Below, in pieces: positions 7,627 through 17,800 of a stretch of DNA of 26,379 nucleotides (position 1 is the first letter of the stretch; every line of letters begins with the position of its first letter). The stretch covers positions 1 to 26,379 of the forward strand of contig CAZXXB010000019.1 of assembly GCA_964644185.1 (NCBI GenBank), read 5' to 3'. The translations under genes and the position numbers were made by a program. A model generated the notes under the pieces. It did no database searches and was not told the DNA's origin. It was given only the letters and a program-made list of their open reading frames with translations. The stretch is from an uncultured Myxococcota bacterium. GTDB taxonomy: Bacteria > Myxococcota > JAJVIH01 > CAZXXB01.

Positions 7627-9360
7627 ATGTTGATGAGTTTTTTGTCTCGCCTCGTATCGAATTCGTATCGTCTCACTGCTTACGGCCTGCGTCGCGCGGT
7701 GTCGTCGTTGCGGCGGCAGCGGCGGGTGTTCACGCGGGTGCGGCTGCATGGTCCGCTGAATTGGGTGACGGTTCCGCAGCAGCGGTTTGGGGCGCGGGCG
7801 CATCAGCCATCGCTTGTGGAGCTGGAAGAGTTGTTGCGCGACCTTGCGACGGTGCCGTCGCTCGATGGGGTCGTGTTTGAGATTGATGGGGTGTCGGCGT
7901 CGCTCGATCGGGCGCTTGAGGCGGCGCGGTTGATTCGGGGGTTGAAGGGTTCGGGCAAGAAGACGATTGCGGTGATGGTGGGGCGGGGCACGCGTGAGTA
8001 TGTGATTGCGTCGGCGTGTGACCGGGTGCTGTTGTCGCCGGGGTCGGGGTTGTCGCTTTTGGGGGTGGGGGTTGAGTCGAACTACTATCGTGATCTGCTC
8101 GACAAGGTGGGGGTGAAGGTCGAGGTGTATCGGGCGGGCAAGTTCAAGAGCGCGATGGAGCCGTTTATCGCGAACGAGCCGTCGGAAGAGGCGCAGATGG
8201 CGGTGGGGGCGGTGCTCGACACGGCGTATGCGGCGACGGTGGATGCGATTGCGGCGCATCGGCATGTGACGGGTGAGGTGGCGAAGGGGTGGGTTGATGG
8301 GGGGCCTTACACGCGTGATGAGGCGATTGAGGCGAAGCTCGTCGACGGGGTGGCGCACCCTGACTTGCTGGCCGAGACGCTTCCGCCGCCTGACAACGGT
8401 GCGAAGTTTGCGCAGGCGGCGCGGGTGCGGGGGCTCGCGCGCAGGGCTCCACCGATGGTGCCGTTGCGAGGTCGGGCGAGCGCTGTTGCGGTGCTGCATC
8501 TTTCGGGGATGATTGTGCAGAGCGCGAGCGACATGGGGCCGTTTGGTCGCAACGTGATTACGTGGGCGCAGACGCGCAAGTTGTTGCGGTCGCTGAAGAA
8601 AGACGACTCGATTGGGGCGCTTGTCGTGTGGATCGATTCGGGTGGTGGCGATGCGCTGGCGAGCGAGTTGATCTACGGGCAGTTGCGCGACCTCGATTTG
8701 AAAAAGCCGGTGGTGGCGTACATGGACAGGGTGGCGGCTTCGGGAGGGTATTTTATTGCGGCGGGGGCGCGGCAGATTTGGGCGGCGCCGAACACGGTGA
8801 CGGGCAGCATTGGGGTGTTTCGTCCGCGTCCGGTGGCGAGTGGGTTGTATGAGAAGCTGGGGGTGCACACGCACGGGATGTCGCGGGGTGCGGGGGGTGG
8901 GTTGCGGTCGGTGCATGCGCTCGATGAGCGTGATGCGGCGCGGGTGCAGGCCGAGGTGGATGCGATTTACAGGCAGTTTCTGACGTGCGTGGCCGAGTCG
9001 CGGAAGATGACGGTGGATGCGGTGGATGCGGTGGCGCAGGGGCGCATTTTTAGTGGGCGCGACGCGAAGGTGGTGGGGCTCGTTGATGCGCTGGGGACGT
9101 TTGATGAGGCGGCGCGAGAGGCGGCGCGGCTCGGTGGTGTGGGGCTCGTGGGTGGTGAGGTTCCGCTTGCGATGGTGATGCCGCGGATGCCGTTTCTTTC
9201 GCGGGTGATGGGGGTGTTTGGTCAGGCCGATGTGGCGCGCGTGGCGGTCGAGGCGCTGGGGGTTGATGCCGAGGTTGCGGCGTTGCCGTGGCTCTTGCGG
9301 CGCAACGCGACGCTGGCGTTGTGGCGCGGGTTTGATGTTGGGGGTGACGGGGGCGAATGA
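7627..9360 (+). CDS. sppA: Signal peptide peptidase SppA (S49, long two-domain form)
   Basis: GKFKSAMEPF (general-base Lys), DSGGG, VAASGGY (nucleophile Ser), TGSIGV, AQGRIFSG and GLVDALG. Confidence 0.9.
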   Translation: MLMSFLSRLVSNSYRLTAYGLRRAVSSLRRQRRVFTRVRLHGPLNWVTVPQQRFGARAHQPSLVELEELLRDLATVPSLDGVVFEIDGVSASLDRALEAARLIRGLKGSGKKTIAVMVGRGTREYVIASACDRVLLSPGSGLSLLGVGVESNYYRDLLDKVGVKVEVYRAGKFKSAMEPFIANEPSEEAQMAVGAVLDTAYAATVDAIAAHRHVTGEVAKGWVDGGPYTRDEAIEAKLVDGVAHPDLLAETLPPPDNGAKFAQAARVRGLARRAPPMVPLRGRASAVAVLHLSGMIVQSASDMGPFGRNVITWAQTRKLLRSLKKDDSIGALVVWIDSGGGDALASELIYGQLRDLDLKKPVVAYMDRVAASGGYFIAAGARQIWAAPNTVTGSIGVFRPRPVASGLYEKLGVHTHGMSRGAGGGLRSVHALDERDAARVQAEVDAIYRQFLTCVAESRKMTVDAVDAVAQGRIFSGRDAKVVGLVDALGTFDEAAREAARLGGVGLVGGEVPLAMVMPRMPFLSRVMGVFGQADVARVAVEALGVDAEVAALPWLLRRNATLALWRGFDVGGDGGE

Positions 9361-9415
9361 AAGAGGCGGGTGAGGCGCACTAGCCGAGTGGCGGATGAAC
9401 GGCTAGAGTCGCGCC

Positions 9416-10837
9416 ATGGCGCGCATACTCGTTGTCGATGACGAACCATCTCTTCGCGAAGTGCTGACGATTGCCCTTGAGGGCGACGGGCACGATGTTG
9501 CGCAAGCTGAGAGCGTGACGGCGGCGCTTTCCGCGTGGCGCGATGCCTCGGTGCCGTTTCCGCTCGTGATTTCGGATTTGAAGCTGCCGGACCGTTCGGG
9601 GCTCGATTTGCTGGCCGAGGTGAAGCATCGGGCTCCCGGCACGGAAGTTATCATCATTACGGCGTTTGCGACGGTTGAGACGGGCATCGAGGCGATGAAG
9701 CTTGGCGCGTACGATTACGTGATCAAGCCGTTCAAGATTGAAGAGATGCGGGCGCTGGTGACGAAGGCGCTCGAGAAGACGCGGATCGTTGAAGAGAATC
9801 GGACGCTGAAGGCCGAGCTTGCGGGGCGGTATCAGTTTGGCAGTTTGCTGGGTTCGAGCCCTGAGATGCGGCGTGTGTTGCAGTTGCTTGAGCGTGTGGC
9901 GGATGCGCGGTCGACGGTGTTGATTCAGGGGCCGTCGGGTACGGGTAAAGAGCTTGCGGCGCGGGCGTTGCATTTCAACAGTGGGCGGCGGTCGCGTCCG
10001 TTTATTCCGGTGAATTGTGGGGCGATACCCGAGAACCTGATCGAGAGTGAGTTGTTTGGTCACGTGAAGGGGGCGTTTACGGGGGCCGAGCGTGACCAGC
10101 CGGGGCTGTTTCAATCGGCGGATGGGGGGACGGTGTTTCTCGATGAGGTGAGTGAGCTGCCGATGGCGATGCAGGTGAAGCTGTTGCGGGTGTTGCAGGA
10201 GCGGTCGGTGAAGCCGATTGGTGGTGCGCGTGAGTTGCCGGTGGATGTGCGCGTGATTGCGGCGGCGAATCGCGAGTTGTCGGTGATGGTGAAAGAGGGG
10301 TTGTTTCGCGAAGACCTGTTTTATCGGCTCAACGTGATACCGGTGTTCATGCCGCCGTTGTCGGAGCGGCGTGAGGATATTCCATTGCTGGTGAGTCACT
10401 TTTTGCGAAAGTTCGCGCGTGAGACGGGCGGTGGGCCGTATGAGTTGTCGCTGGAGGCGCTGGAGCATCTGATGAAGCTCGAGTATCGGGGCAACGTGCG
10501 CGAGCTTGAGAACATCATCGAGCGGGCGGTGGCGCTGGCTTCGGGCAAGCGGATAGGGCTTGAGGAGTTGCCGGGGGTGTATGCGCGTCCGACGACGGGT
10601 GAGGCGGGTTCGGCGGCGTTTGCGGTGCCGAGCGCGTCGCAGATGCAGCGGCAGCCGATTGATTTTAAGGCGGAGGTGGAGGCGTTTGAGCGGGCGTTGT
10701 TGCGCAATGCGCTCGAGGCGACGCGGGGGCACAAGACGAATGCGGCGGCGTTGCTGGGGTTGAAGTTTCGGGCGTTGCGCTACCTCATGAACAAGTACGA
10801 TTTTGGCGGTGCCGACGACGGCGACGACGAGAATTAA
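9416..10837 (+). CDS. Sigma-54-dependent response regulator (NtrC family, PilR-like)
   Basis: Receiver (ILVVDDE...ISDLKLP), Walker A GPSGTGKE, ESELFGH, intact GAFTGA, FLDE, FREDLFYRL, GNVRELEN and a C-terminal Fis-type HTH. Directly upstream of pilD. Confidence 0.92.
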   Translation: MARILVVDDEPSLREVLTIALEGDGHDVAQAESVTAALSAWRDASVPFPLVISDLKLPDRSGLDLLAEVKHRAPGTEVIIITAFATVETGIEAMKLGAYDYVIKPFKIEEMRALVTKALEKTRIVEENRTLKAELAGRYQFGSLLGSSPEMRRVLQLLERVADARSTVLIQGPSGTGKELAARALHFNSGRRSRPFIPVNCGAIPENLIESELFGHVKGAFTGAERDQPGLFQSADGGTVFLDEVSELPMAMQVKLLRVLQERSVKPIGGARELPVDVRVIAAANRELSVMVKEGLFREDLFYRLNVIPVFMPPLSERREDIPLLVSHFLRKFARETGGGPYELSLEALEHLMKLEYRGNVRELENIIERAVALASGKRIGLEELPGVYARPTTGEAGSAAFAVPSASQMQRQPIDFKAEVEAFERALLRNALEATRGHKTNAAALLGLKFRALRYLMNKYDFGGADDGDDEN

Positions 10838-10842
10838 CGCGG

Positions 10843-11841
10843 ATGTTTCCAGATGCGTCGTCAACGATTGTGGTCGAGCGTCCGTTTTTTCCACCGGGCG
10901 TGCTGGCGGTGTACGCGGGGGTCTGGTTTGGGGCGCTGGGTCTGCTGTTTGGCAGCTTTTTGAATGTGGTGATTGCGCGCGTGCCGATTGGGCGGTCGAT
11001 TGCGTATCCGGGGTCGGCGTGCCCGAAGTGCGGTGCGCCGATACGGTTTTACGACAACGTGCCGGTGCTCTCGTGGGTGTTTTTGGGGGCGAAGTGTCGG
11101 GCGTGCAAGACGCCTATCTCGGCGAGGTATCCGTTTGTTGAATTGCTGATGGGTATCTTTGCGCTGGGTGCGTACCGGATGACGGGGGTGTCGTGGCACT
11201 GGCCGTTTGTGTTTGCGTTTTGCTGTATCGCGGTGGCGCTGACGTTTATTGACCTTGACCACTGGCTGTTGCCGCATGAGTTGACGTGGCCGGGCATTGC
11301 GCTTGGGTTGATTTATCATGGCACGGTGGGGGCGTTGCCGTTGTGGGAATCTGTGGCGGGTGCGGTGGCGGGGTTTGGGGTATTGTGGCTGACCGATGAG
11401 GTGTTTTATCGGCTGACGGGCAAAGAGGGGATTGGCGAGGGCGACTTCTTTTTTCTGGCGATGATTGGGGCTTTTCTGGGGCTGCGGGGTGTGGCGGCGG
11501 TGGTGTTTCTGGCGTCGTTGCAGGGGGCGGTGATTGGGGTGGCGTTGCTCGCGATTCGCAAGGCGCGGGGTGACGGTGAGGGGGCGGGGGCGAAGGTAGA
11601 GGAGGCAGGGGCAGAGGGTCCGAAGGCAGAGGGTGAAGGGGCAGAGGGTGCGAAGGGAGATGGGGCAGGGGCAGAGGGTGATGGGGCAGAGGGTGATGGG
11701 GCAGAGGCAGAGGGCGATGCGTGGCAGCCGACGGCGCATCATGTTCCATTTGGGCCGTTTCTGGCGCTTGCGGCGATCGAGTGGCTGTTCTTCGGGCAGA
11801 CGATTTTCGACTGGTATTTTTACACCGTGCTGGCGCCGTAA
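10843..11841 (+). CDS. pilD: Type IV prepilin peptidase/N-methyltransferase (A24)
   Basis: GSFLNVVIARVP, two Cys pairs (CPKC, CRAC), FIDLDH and GEGD catalytic Asp motifs, C-terminal VPFGPFL. Confidence 0.93.
   Translation: MFPDASSTIVVERPFFPPGVLAVYAGVWFGALGLLFGSFLNVVIARVPIGRSIAYPGSACPKCGAPIRFYDNVPVLSWVFLGAKCRACKTPISARYPFVELLMGIFALGAYRMTGVSWHWPFVFAFCCIAVALTFIDLDHWLLPHELTWPGIALGLIYHGTVGALPLWESVAGAVAGFGVLWLTDEVFYRLTGKEGIGEGDFFFLAMIGAFLGLRGVAAVVFLASLQGAVIGVALLAIRKARGDGEGAGAKVEEAGAEGPKAEGEGAEGAKGDGAGAEGDGAEGDGAEAEGDAWQPTAHHVPFGPFLALAAIEWLFFGQTIFDWYFYTVLAP
11608..11712 (+). repeat. In-frame 15-bp tandem repeat in pilD (7 units, consensus GGGGCAGAGGGTGAT = GAEGD)
   Basis: Two perfect units at 11668-11682 and 11683-11697, with degenerate units on both sides at the same 15-bp period. 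Confidence 0.85.
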
Positions 11842-11868
11842 TGGTGGTTGCCCGCAGGGAGGGCGGCA

Positions 11869-13389
11869 GTGCCGAACCGCATCGGAATTCGCGCGTTGAT
11901 TGCGGCGAGCCTGTTTGCGGCGCTCATCGCGGCGTTGCCCGTGTTCTGGTTCATGCTGGCGCCGTCGCTGTCGCATGCGTTGGCGGCGCGGCATGCCGAT
12001 GCGGCGGTGCTGACGGCGCGGCTACTTGCGGCGACGGTGACGCGCGATGGGGCGGTGGGTGCGGGGCGTGTTGAGCTTGAGCGTGCGACACGGGCCGAGC
12101 TTGATCGGGTGACGCGCAAGGCGGGTGTGACGCGGTGGTGGTTTTCGGGTGCGGGGGGGCTGCCGCTCACGAGTCCATTGGCGTGGGACCCACGTGAAGA
12201 AGAGCGGGCGTTTGCGGCGTCGGCGCTTGAGCGAGGCGATGCGGTCGTGGGTCATGCGGGTGGGGGGCAAGCGGGTGTGGGTGGTGGTGGGCGGCGTGCG
12301 CTGCATGTGGCGTTGCCGGTGCGGCTCATTGGGGGCGAGACGGGGACGCTGCTCGTGGAGTTTGATCTTGCGGGGCTCGATGCCGAGATGTCGCGGCTGA
12401 CGCGCAACGCCGCGCTGGCGTCGCTTGCGGCGCTGATGCTGGCGGGGGTGCTGGCGGCGATTTTTCTGGCGCGGTTCGTGGCGTTGCCGATCTCGCGGAT
12501 ACGGGCGGCGATGGCGGCGGTCGAGCGGGGTGAGGTGGCGCGGGCGAGTACGGTGGGTCCGCGAGAGATTGCCGAGCTTGCGCGCGACCTCAACGCGATG
12601 GTCGAGACGCTGGCGACGCGGCAGAAGCGCATTGAGACGAAGATTGCCGAGCAGATACGCATCAACCGTGAGTTGCGTGAGGCGCAGGAGGCGATGTTGC
12701 GGGCCGAGACGCTGGCGTCGGTGGGGCGGCTTGCGGGGGGCGTGGCGCACGAGATTGGGAATCCGATTGGGGCGATCATTGGGTACACCGAGATGTTGCG
12801 TGACCCGACGTTGCCGCGTGAGGTGGCGGATGATTTTTTGCGGCGGATGGAAAGTGAGCTTGAGCGGATACGGGTGACGTTGCGGCAGCTCACCGATTTT
12901 TCGCGTCCGAAAGCGGCGGAGGTTGCGCCGACGGATGTCAACGGTTCGGTGCGGGCGACGGTCGAGCTTGCGCGGGTTGAAAAGCGGATGCGCAACATGC
13001 GTGTCGTGCTGACGCTCGATGAGGGGCTGATGGCGGTGGTCGCCGACGAGTCGGAGTTGCGTCAGGTGGTGCTGAATCTTGTGTTGAACGCGGCGGATGC
13101 GTGTGGTGGCGAGGGGGAGATTGCGATCACGACGGGGGTTGTCGAGGGGGTGCCGACGCTGACGGTGGCCGATGATGGTCCGGGTATTTCGGCTGAGAAC
13201 ATCGTGCGCATTTTCGAACCTTTTTTCACAACGAAGGGTTCGGGCAAGGGGTCGGGGGTGGGGCTTGCGATTTGTCGTCGGCTTGTCGAGTCGTGGGGTG
13301 GGCGCATCGATGTCGCGTCGCAGGTGGGGGGTGGTGCGCGGTTCGTGATTCGATTTGTTGGCGCGAAGGTTGCGGAGAACGCGGCGTAA
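11869..13389 (+). CDS. Membrane sensor histidine kinase with HAMP domain (PilS2-like position)
   Basis: Two hydrophobic segments, HAMP (REIAELARDLNAM), H-box AHEIGNP, N-box QVVLNLVLNA, DDGPGI, FEPFFTTK and GSGVGL. GTG 11869 follows GGAGG at 11858-11862. Confidence 0.92.
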   Translation: MPNRIGIRALIAASLFAALIAALPVFWFMLAPSLSHALAARHADAAVLTARLLAATVTRDGAVGAGRVELERATRAELDRVTRKAGVTRWWFSGAGGLPLTSPLAWDPREEERAFAASALERGDAVVGHAGGGQAGVGGGGRRALHVALPVRLIGGETGTLLVEFDLAGLDAEMSRLTRNAALASLAALMLAGVLAAIFLARFVALPISRIRAAMAAVERGEVARASTVGPREIAELARDLNAMVETLATRQKRIETKIAEQIRINRELREAQEAMLRAETLASVGRLAGGVAHEIGNPIGAIIGYTEMLRDPTLPREVADDFLRRMESELERIRVTLRQLTDFSRPKAAEVAPTDVNGSVRATVELARVEKRMRNMRVVLTLDEGLMAVVADESELRQVVLNLVLNAADACGGEGEIAITTGVVEGVPTLTVADDGPGISAENIVRIFEPFFTTKGSGKGSGVGLAICRRLVESWGGRIDVASQVGGGARFVIRFVGAKVAENAA

Positions 13390-13431
13390 CAGGATAACAT
13401 TGCTCTCTCGCAGCGCGCCCCCCGTTGCTCG

Positions 13432-14817
13432 GTGACCGTTATGGCAATCGCTACGTTTCGCAAAGTTCTCGTCGTCGATGACGAAACCAACATGCGGCAT
13501 ATGCTCGCGACGCTTTTGGCGCGCGAGGGGCTTGAGGTCGAGTCGGCGGCGTCGGGTGAAGAGGCGCTGACGCTGATTCGCACGGGGCGGTTTGATCTCG
13601 CGGTGACCGATATGCGGATGCCGGGGATGGGTGGGACGGAGCTTTTGAAGGCGGTGCGGGCCGAGGGGTGGCCGCTTCCGGTGATTGCGATGAGCGCGTA
13701 TGGCGATGACGACGCGGCGGTGTCGGCGGTGCGGGCGGGGGCATACGATTTCATCAGTAAGCCGTTCAAGTCGGCGGAGATCATGCTGTTGTTGCGCAAG
13801 GCCGAAGAGCGCGAGCAACTGCGGCGTGAGAATCGCACGTTGCGGGCGCGGCTCGAAGGGCAGCTTGGCGAGGGGCGCATCATCTACGCGAGCGACGCGA
13901 TGAAGCGGGTGCTCGAGATGGTGCACAAGGTGGCCGCGCACCCCACAACGGTGCTGGTGACGGGTGAGTCGGGTACGGGCAAAGAGTTGATTGCGCGCGA
14001 GCTGCATGCGCGAAGCGAGCGCAAGGGCGAGTTCGTGGCGGTGAACTGCTCGGCGATACCCGAGCACCTGCTGGAGAGCGAGCTGTTTGGGCATGCGCGG
14101 GGTGCGTTTACCGATGCGGTGCGCGACAAGCCAGGGCTGTTTGAGCTTGCGAACGGCGGGACGTTGTTTCTCGACGAAGTGGGCGACATGCCGGTGAGCA
14201 TTCAGGTGAAGCTGCTGCGGGTGTTGCAGGAGGGTGAGGTGCGGCGGGTGGGTGAGCATCGGTCGCAGAAGTTTGATGTGCGCGTGATTGCGGCGACGCT
14301 GCGTGACCTTGCGAAGTCGGTGGGTGAAGGAAAGTTTCGCGAAGACCTGTTTTATCGGTTGTCGGTGGTGCCGATTCATCTGCCGCCGCTGCGCGACAGG
14401 CTCGTGGACCTTCCATTGCTGGTGGATCGGTTTGTCGCGGTCTACAACGAGAAGCTGCGGCTCAACACCGAGGGGGTGACGCCGGGTGCGATGCGGGTGT
14501 TGATGCGGCACCCGTGGCCGGGCAACGTGCGTGAGCTTGAGAACACGATTCAGCGGGCGATGGTGCTGTCGCAGAGCGCGGTGTTGCACGAAGATGCGTT
14601 TGAGAACGCGTTTCAGAGGACGCGGGCGATCACGCAGGAGATTCTCGACGGGGATGATTTGTCGGTGAAGCGGATGACCGAGAAGATTGAGCGCGAGTTG
14701 ATACGGCGGGCGCTGACGCGGACGCGGGGCAATCGCACGCGGGCGGCGCAGTTGCTTGATTTGTCGCATCGGGCGCTGCTCTACAAACTCAAAGATTACG
14801 GCATCGACGATTTGTGA
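13432..14817 (+). CDS. Sigma-54-dependent response regulator (NtrC family, PilR2-like position)
   Basis: VLVVDDE, VTDMRMP, GESGTGKE, ESELFGH, GAFTDA, FLDE, WPGNVRELEN and an HTH. Start at GTG 13432 or ATG 13441. Confidence 0.92.
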   Translation: MTVMAIATFRKVLVVDDETNMRHMLATLLAREGLEVESAASGEEALTLIRTGRFDLAVTDMRMPGMGGTELLKAVRAEGWPLPVIAMSAYGDDDAAVSAVRAGAYDFISKPFKSAEIMLLLRKAEEREQLRRENRTLRARLEGQLGEGRIIYASDAMKRVLEMVHKVAAHPTTVLVTGESGTGKELIARELHARSERKGEFVAVNCSAIPEHLLESELFGHARGAFTDAVRDKPGLFELANGGTLFLDEVGDMPVSIQVKLLRVLQEGEVRRVGEHRSQKFDVRVIAATLRDLAKSVGEGKFREDLFYRLSVVPIHLPPLRDRLVDLPLLVDRFVAVYNEKLRLNTEGVTPGAMRVLMRHPWPGNVRELENTIQRAMVLSQSAVLHEDAFENAFQRTRAITQEILDGDDLSVKRMTEKIERELIRRALTRTRGNRTRAAQLLDLSHRALLYKLKDYGIDDL

Positions 14818-17800
14818 CGACCATGCCGAAGCCCGCGCGCGCAAAAGAGAGAACGAGGCAGAAGGGGGCGGTGCGGGCGTCGCGGGCGCGGGGTGTCGTG
14901 TCGCTCGTCGTGGTGCTGGCGATGCTTTTTGCGGCGACGGGGGGCGGGCTCTATGCGCTGTATCAGCACTACGTGGTGAAGAACCCGGGCAGTCACATCG
15001 AGCGCGAGACGATTCGCACGACGATTGGCAGCGAGACGCAGGTGTTTTACGCCGATGGGGTGACACCGATTGGTGCGCTGTTTGAGGGTGAGCATCGGTC
15101 GTGGGTGGGGTTTGATGAGCTGCCGAAGGCGTGGGTCGATGCGATCGTGGCGGCTGAAGACGCCGAGTTTTACGAGCATCACGGGTTTAGCCTGAGGGGG
15201 TTTGCGCGGGCGATGTGGACGAACTTCGTCGCGATGCGGCTCGTGGCGGGGGGCAGCACGATCACGCAGCAGACGGCGAAGAACCTTTATTATCGGCAGG
15301 GGCGGTCGGTCGAAGAGAAGCTGGTCGAAGCGTTGAATGCGCTGCGGCTCGAAGCACACTACACGAAGAACGATATCCTCGAGTTCTACGCGAACCAGTT
15401 TCACGTCAACGCCAATGGGCGCGGATTTGCGGTGGCGGCGCGGTACTTTTTTAATGCGACGGCGCATGAGCTTTCTGAGCGTGATGGGACGAACGCCGAC
15501 GACATTGACGACCTTGTGGCGTGCGCGTTTATCGCGGGCAGCGTGAAGGGGCCGTACCTGTATAATCCATTTGATGGGACGAAAGAGCAGCGCGAGCGGC
15601 GGGTGCAGCGGGCGACCGACCGGACGCGGTACGTGCTCGACCAGATGTTGCGGCATGGGAAGATTGATGCGGAGACGCACGCGAAGGCGTTGACGACGCC
15701 GATACCGTTTCGGCGGGGGCGGTTTCAGTTTCGACGTGACATCGTGCTCGATGCGGTGCGCGAGCAACTGGCGAGTGAGGGGTTTGGGTTGCTGCTGGCA
15801 AGTCACGGGATAGAGAACCCGGCGGTCGCGGGGTTGCGCATCGTGACGACGATTGACCCATTGTTGCAGCGGCGGGCGTACGCGGGGTTTCGGCGTGCGC
15901 TGGGTGAGGTGGGTGCGCTCATCGAGGCGAAGAACGCGGGTGTGTATGTTGAGAAGAGCGCGACGCCGACGCAGTTGCATGCGGGTGAGGCGCGCGAGTT
16001 TGCGGTGGTGGTGGGGACGGTCGAGCGGCACGCGAGCAACGGGGTGTGCGCGTCGCCAAAGGGCGGCGCGGCGGGCAAGGCGGTGGCGAAGAAGAAGCAG
16101 AGTGGCAAGGCGATTTGCGTGCGCGTGGGTGATCTCGCGGGGACGATTGATGCGGATGCGGTAAAGCACGCGGCGAGCATCGTGCGGCGGGCGGTGTCGC
16201 TGCGAGATTTCGTAGCGGCTGAGGCAGGCGATATCGAGGGGGTTTATGCGGCGTTGAAGCCGGGCGTGAATGTGCGGGTCGCGGTGAGCGCGGTGGGTGA
16301 AGACGAGCACCTGACGCTGACGCCGATTGCAGCGTCGGATTTGCAGGGGGCGACGATGATTTTGCGCGACGGCAAGATTCGCGCGCTGATTGGTGGCGAG
16401 AGCAATGCTGATTTCAATCGGGCGCTGTCGGCGAAACGGCAGTTTGGCTCGACGTTCAAACCGGCGCTGTATGCGGCGGCGCTGACGCTTGGGTATGGCA
16501 TCGCCGACAGGCTCGACAACCGGCGCGCGGCGTTTGGTTTTCAGCGCGATTTTTATCTTCCGCGACCCGACCATGTGAAACGTCCGCTCGATGTGTCGGT
16601 GGCGTTTGCGGGGGTGAAGAGTGAGAACCTTGCGACGGTGGCGCTGTTTTATCGGCTGACCGACAGGTTGAGCGATGAGCAGTTTGATGAGCTTGCCGAG
16701 TTGATGGGGATGAATCGCGGGGCGGGTGAGAGTGAAGAGGCGTACGCGAAGCGGATGCGTGATGAAGTGGGGTTGCTGGCGACCGATGCGGAGATCACGA
16801 GCGGTGTGTTTGAGCGGGTGAAGCGGGCGTATGCGACCGACCTTGCGTTTGAAGACCCGACGGGTGCGGAAGAGTTGGCGCGGCTTTTTTATGGACACGG
16901 TTTTGATGCGCGGGCGGCGAAGGTGCGGGGTGATGATGCCGAGGCAGCAGCGCAGCGGCGGATATTGCGGCACCACTTTTTGCGGCTCGAAGAGTTGGCG
17001 ACGGCGTTGCCGCTTGCGGCGGGTGCGGTGGCCGAGAAGTTTCGGGCGGGGGCGGCGATTGGTCCGGCGATTGCGCGGCGGTTTTTTGTGCGTGAGGGTT
17101 TCAAGCCCGAGGTGGTGATTACGCCGAGTGCGGGGCGTGGTGCGGTGAAGGGGCGAGGCGCGGGCGATGGTGAGCGTGATGGTGCGCGCGATGGTGATGG
17201 TGCGGGTGACGTGTCGTTTGCCGACAGGGTGTTTGGGGCGCTGGGTCTCGCTGGTGCGGGCAGCGGCGATGGTGCAGGTGCGCAGGGTGATGGTGCGCAG
17301 GGTGATGGTGCGCAGGGTGCGGGCGAAGCGGGTGCAGGTGCAGAGGGTGCAGGTGACGAGGGCGAGCGGGCAGACGACTCGGTGAGTGCGCTTTTGGCGA
17401 CGGCGCCTGAGCTTGCGTTTTCGACAGATGATCTCGAGGGGTGGCGTCCGTTGTCGGCGGATGAGTTGGCGAGCATCTTGCGGGTGTATGCGCCGGAGAA
17501 TCCGGAAGCGTTGCTGGGGTTGGCGCGGTTGAATGGGACGTTGCGCGTTGCGACGGTGCTGGCGCTGCGCGAGCGGGTAGAGGCGCAGGCGGGGGCGTTG
17601 ATGGCGGGGGGCAATCGGTATCGCAAAGAGGTGCTTTACGCGTTGACCGATTTTCGGGTGATGGTGGGGATGCGGTACTTTCAGCAGTTTTTGCGGGGGG
17701 CAGGTGTGTCGTCGGCGGTGCCGGCGGTGTTGTCGGCTCCGCTAGGGGCGGCGGATGTGACGCTGGCGGAGATGGCGCTGTTGTATCAGACGCTGGTGAC

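Noticed and set aside
9380-9406. Sigma54 promoter or operator upstream of the PilR-like gene (CTAGCCG-N13-CGGCTAG; TGGCGG-N-GGCT)
   Set aside because: It has GG-N10-GC spacing but not the TGGCAC/TTGC consensus, and 7-bp arms can arise by chance at this GC content. The GG-N10-GC at 1724-1737 fails for the same reason.
12022-16976. Long antisense ORFs (12022-15066, 14796-16976; likewise 300-1676, 1612-3042, 7327-8916, 9380-10894, 10861-11994, 21121-22098, 23936-25369)
   Set aside because: They are Arg/His/Pro-rich shadows of motif-bearing genes on the other strand, expected in high-GC DNA with few stop codons.
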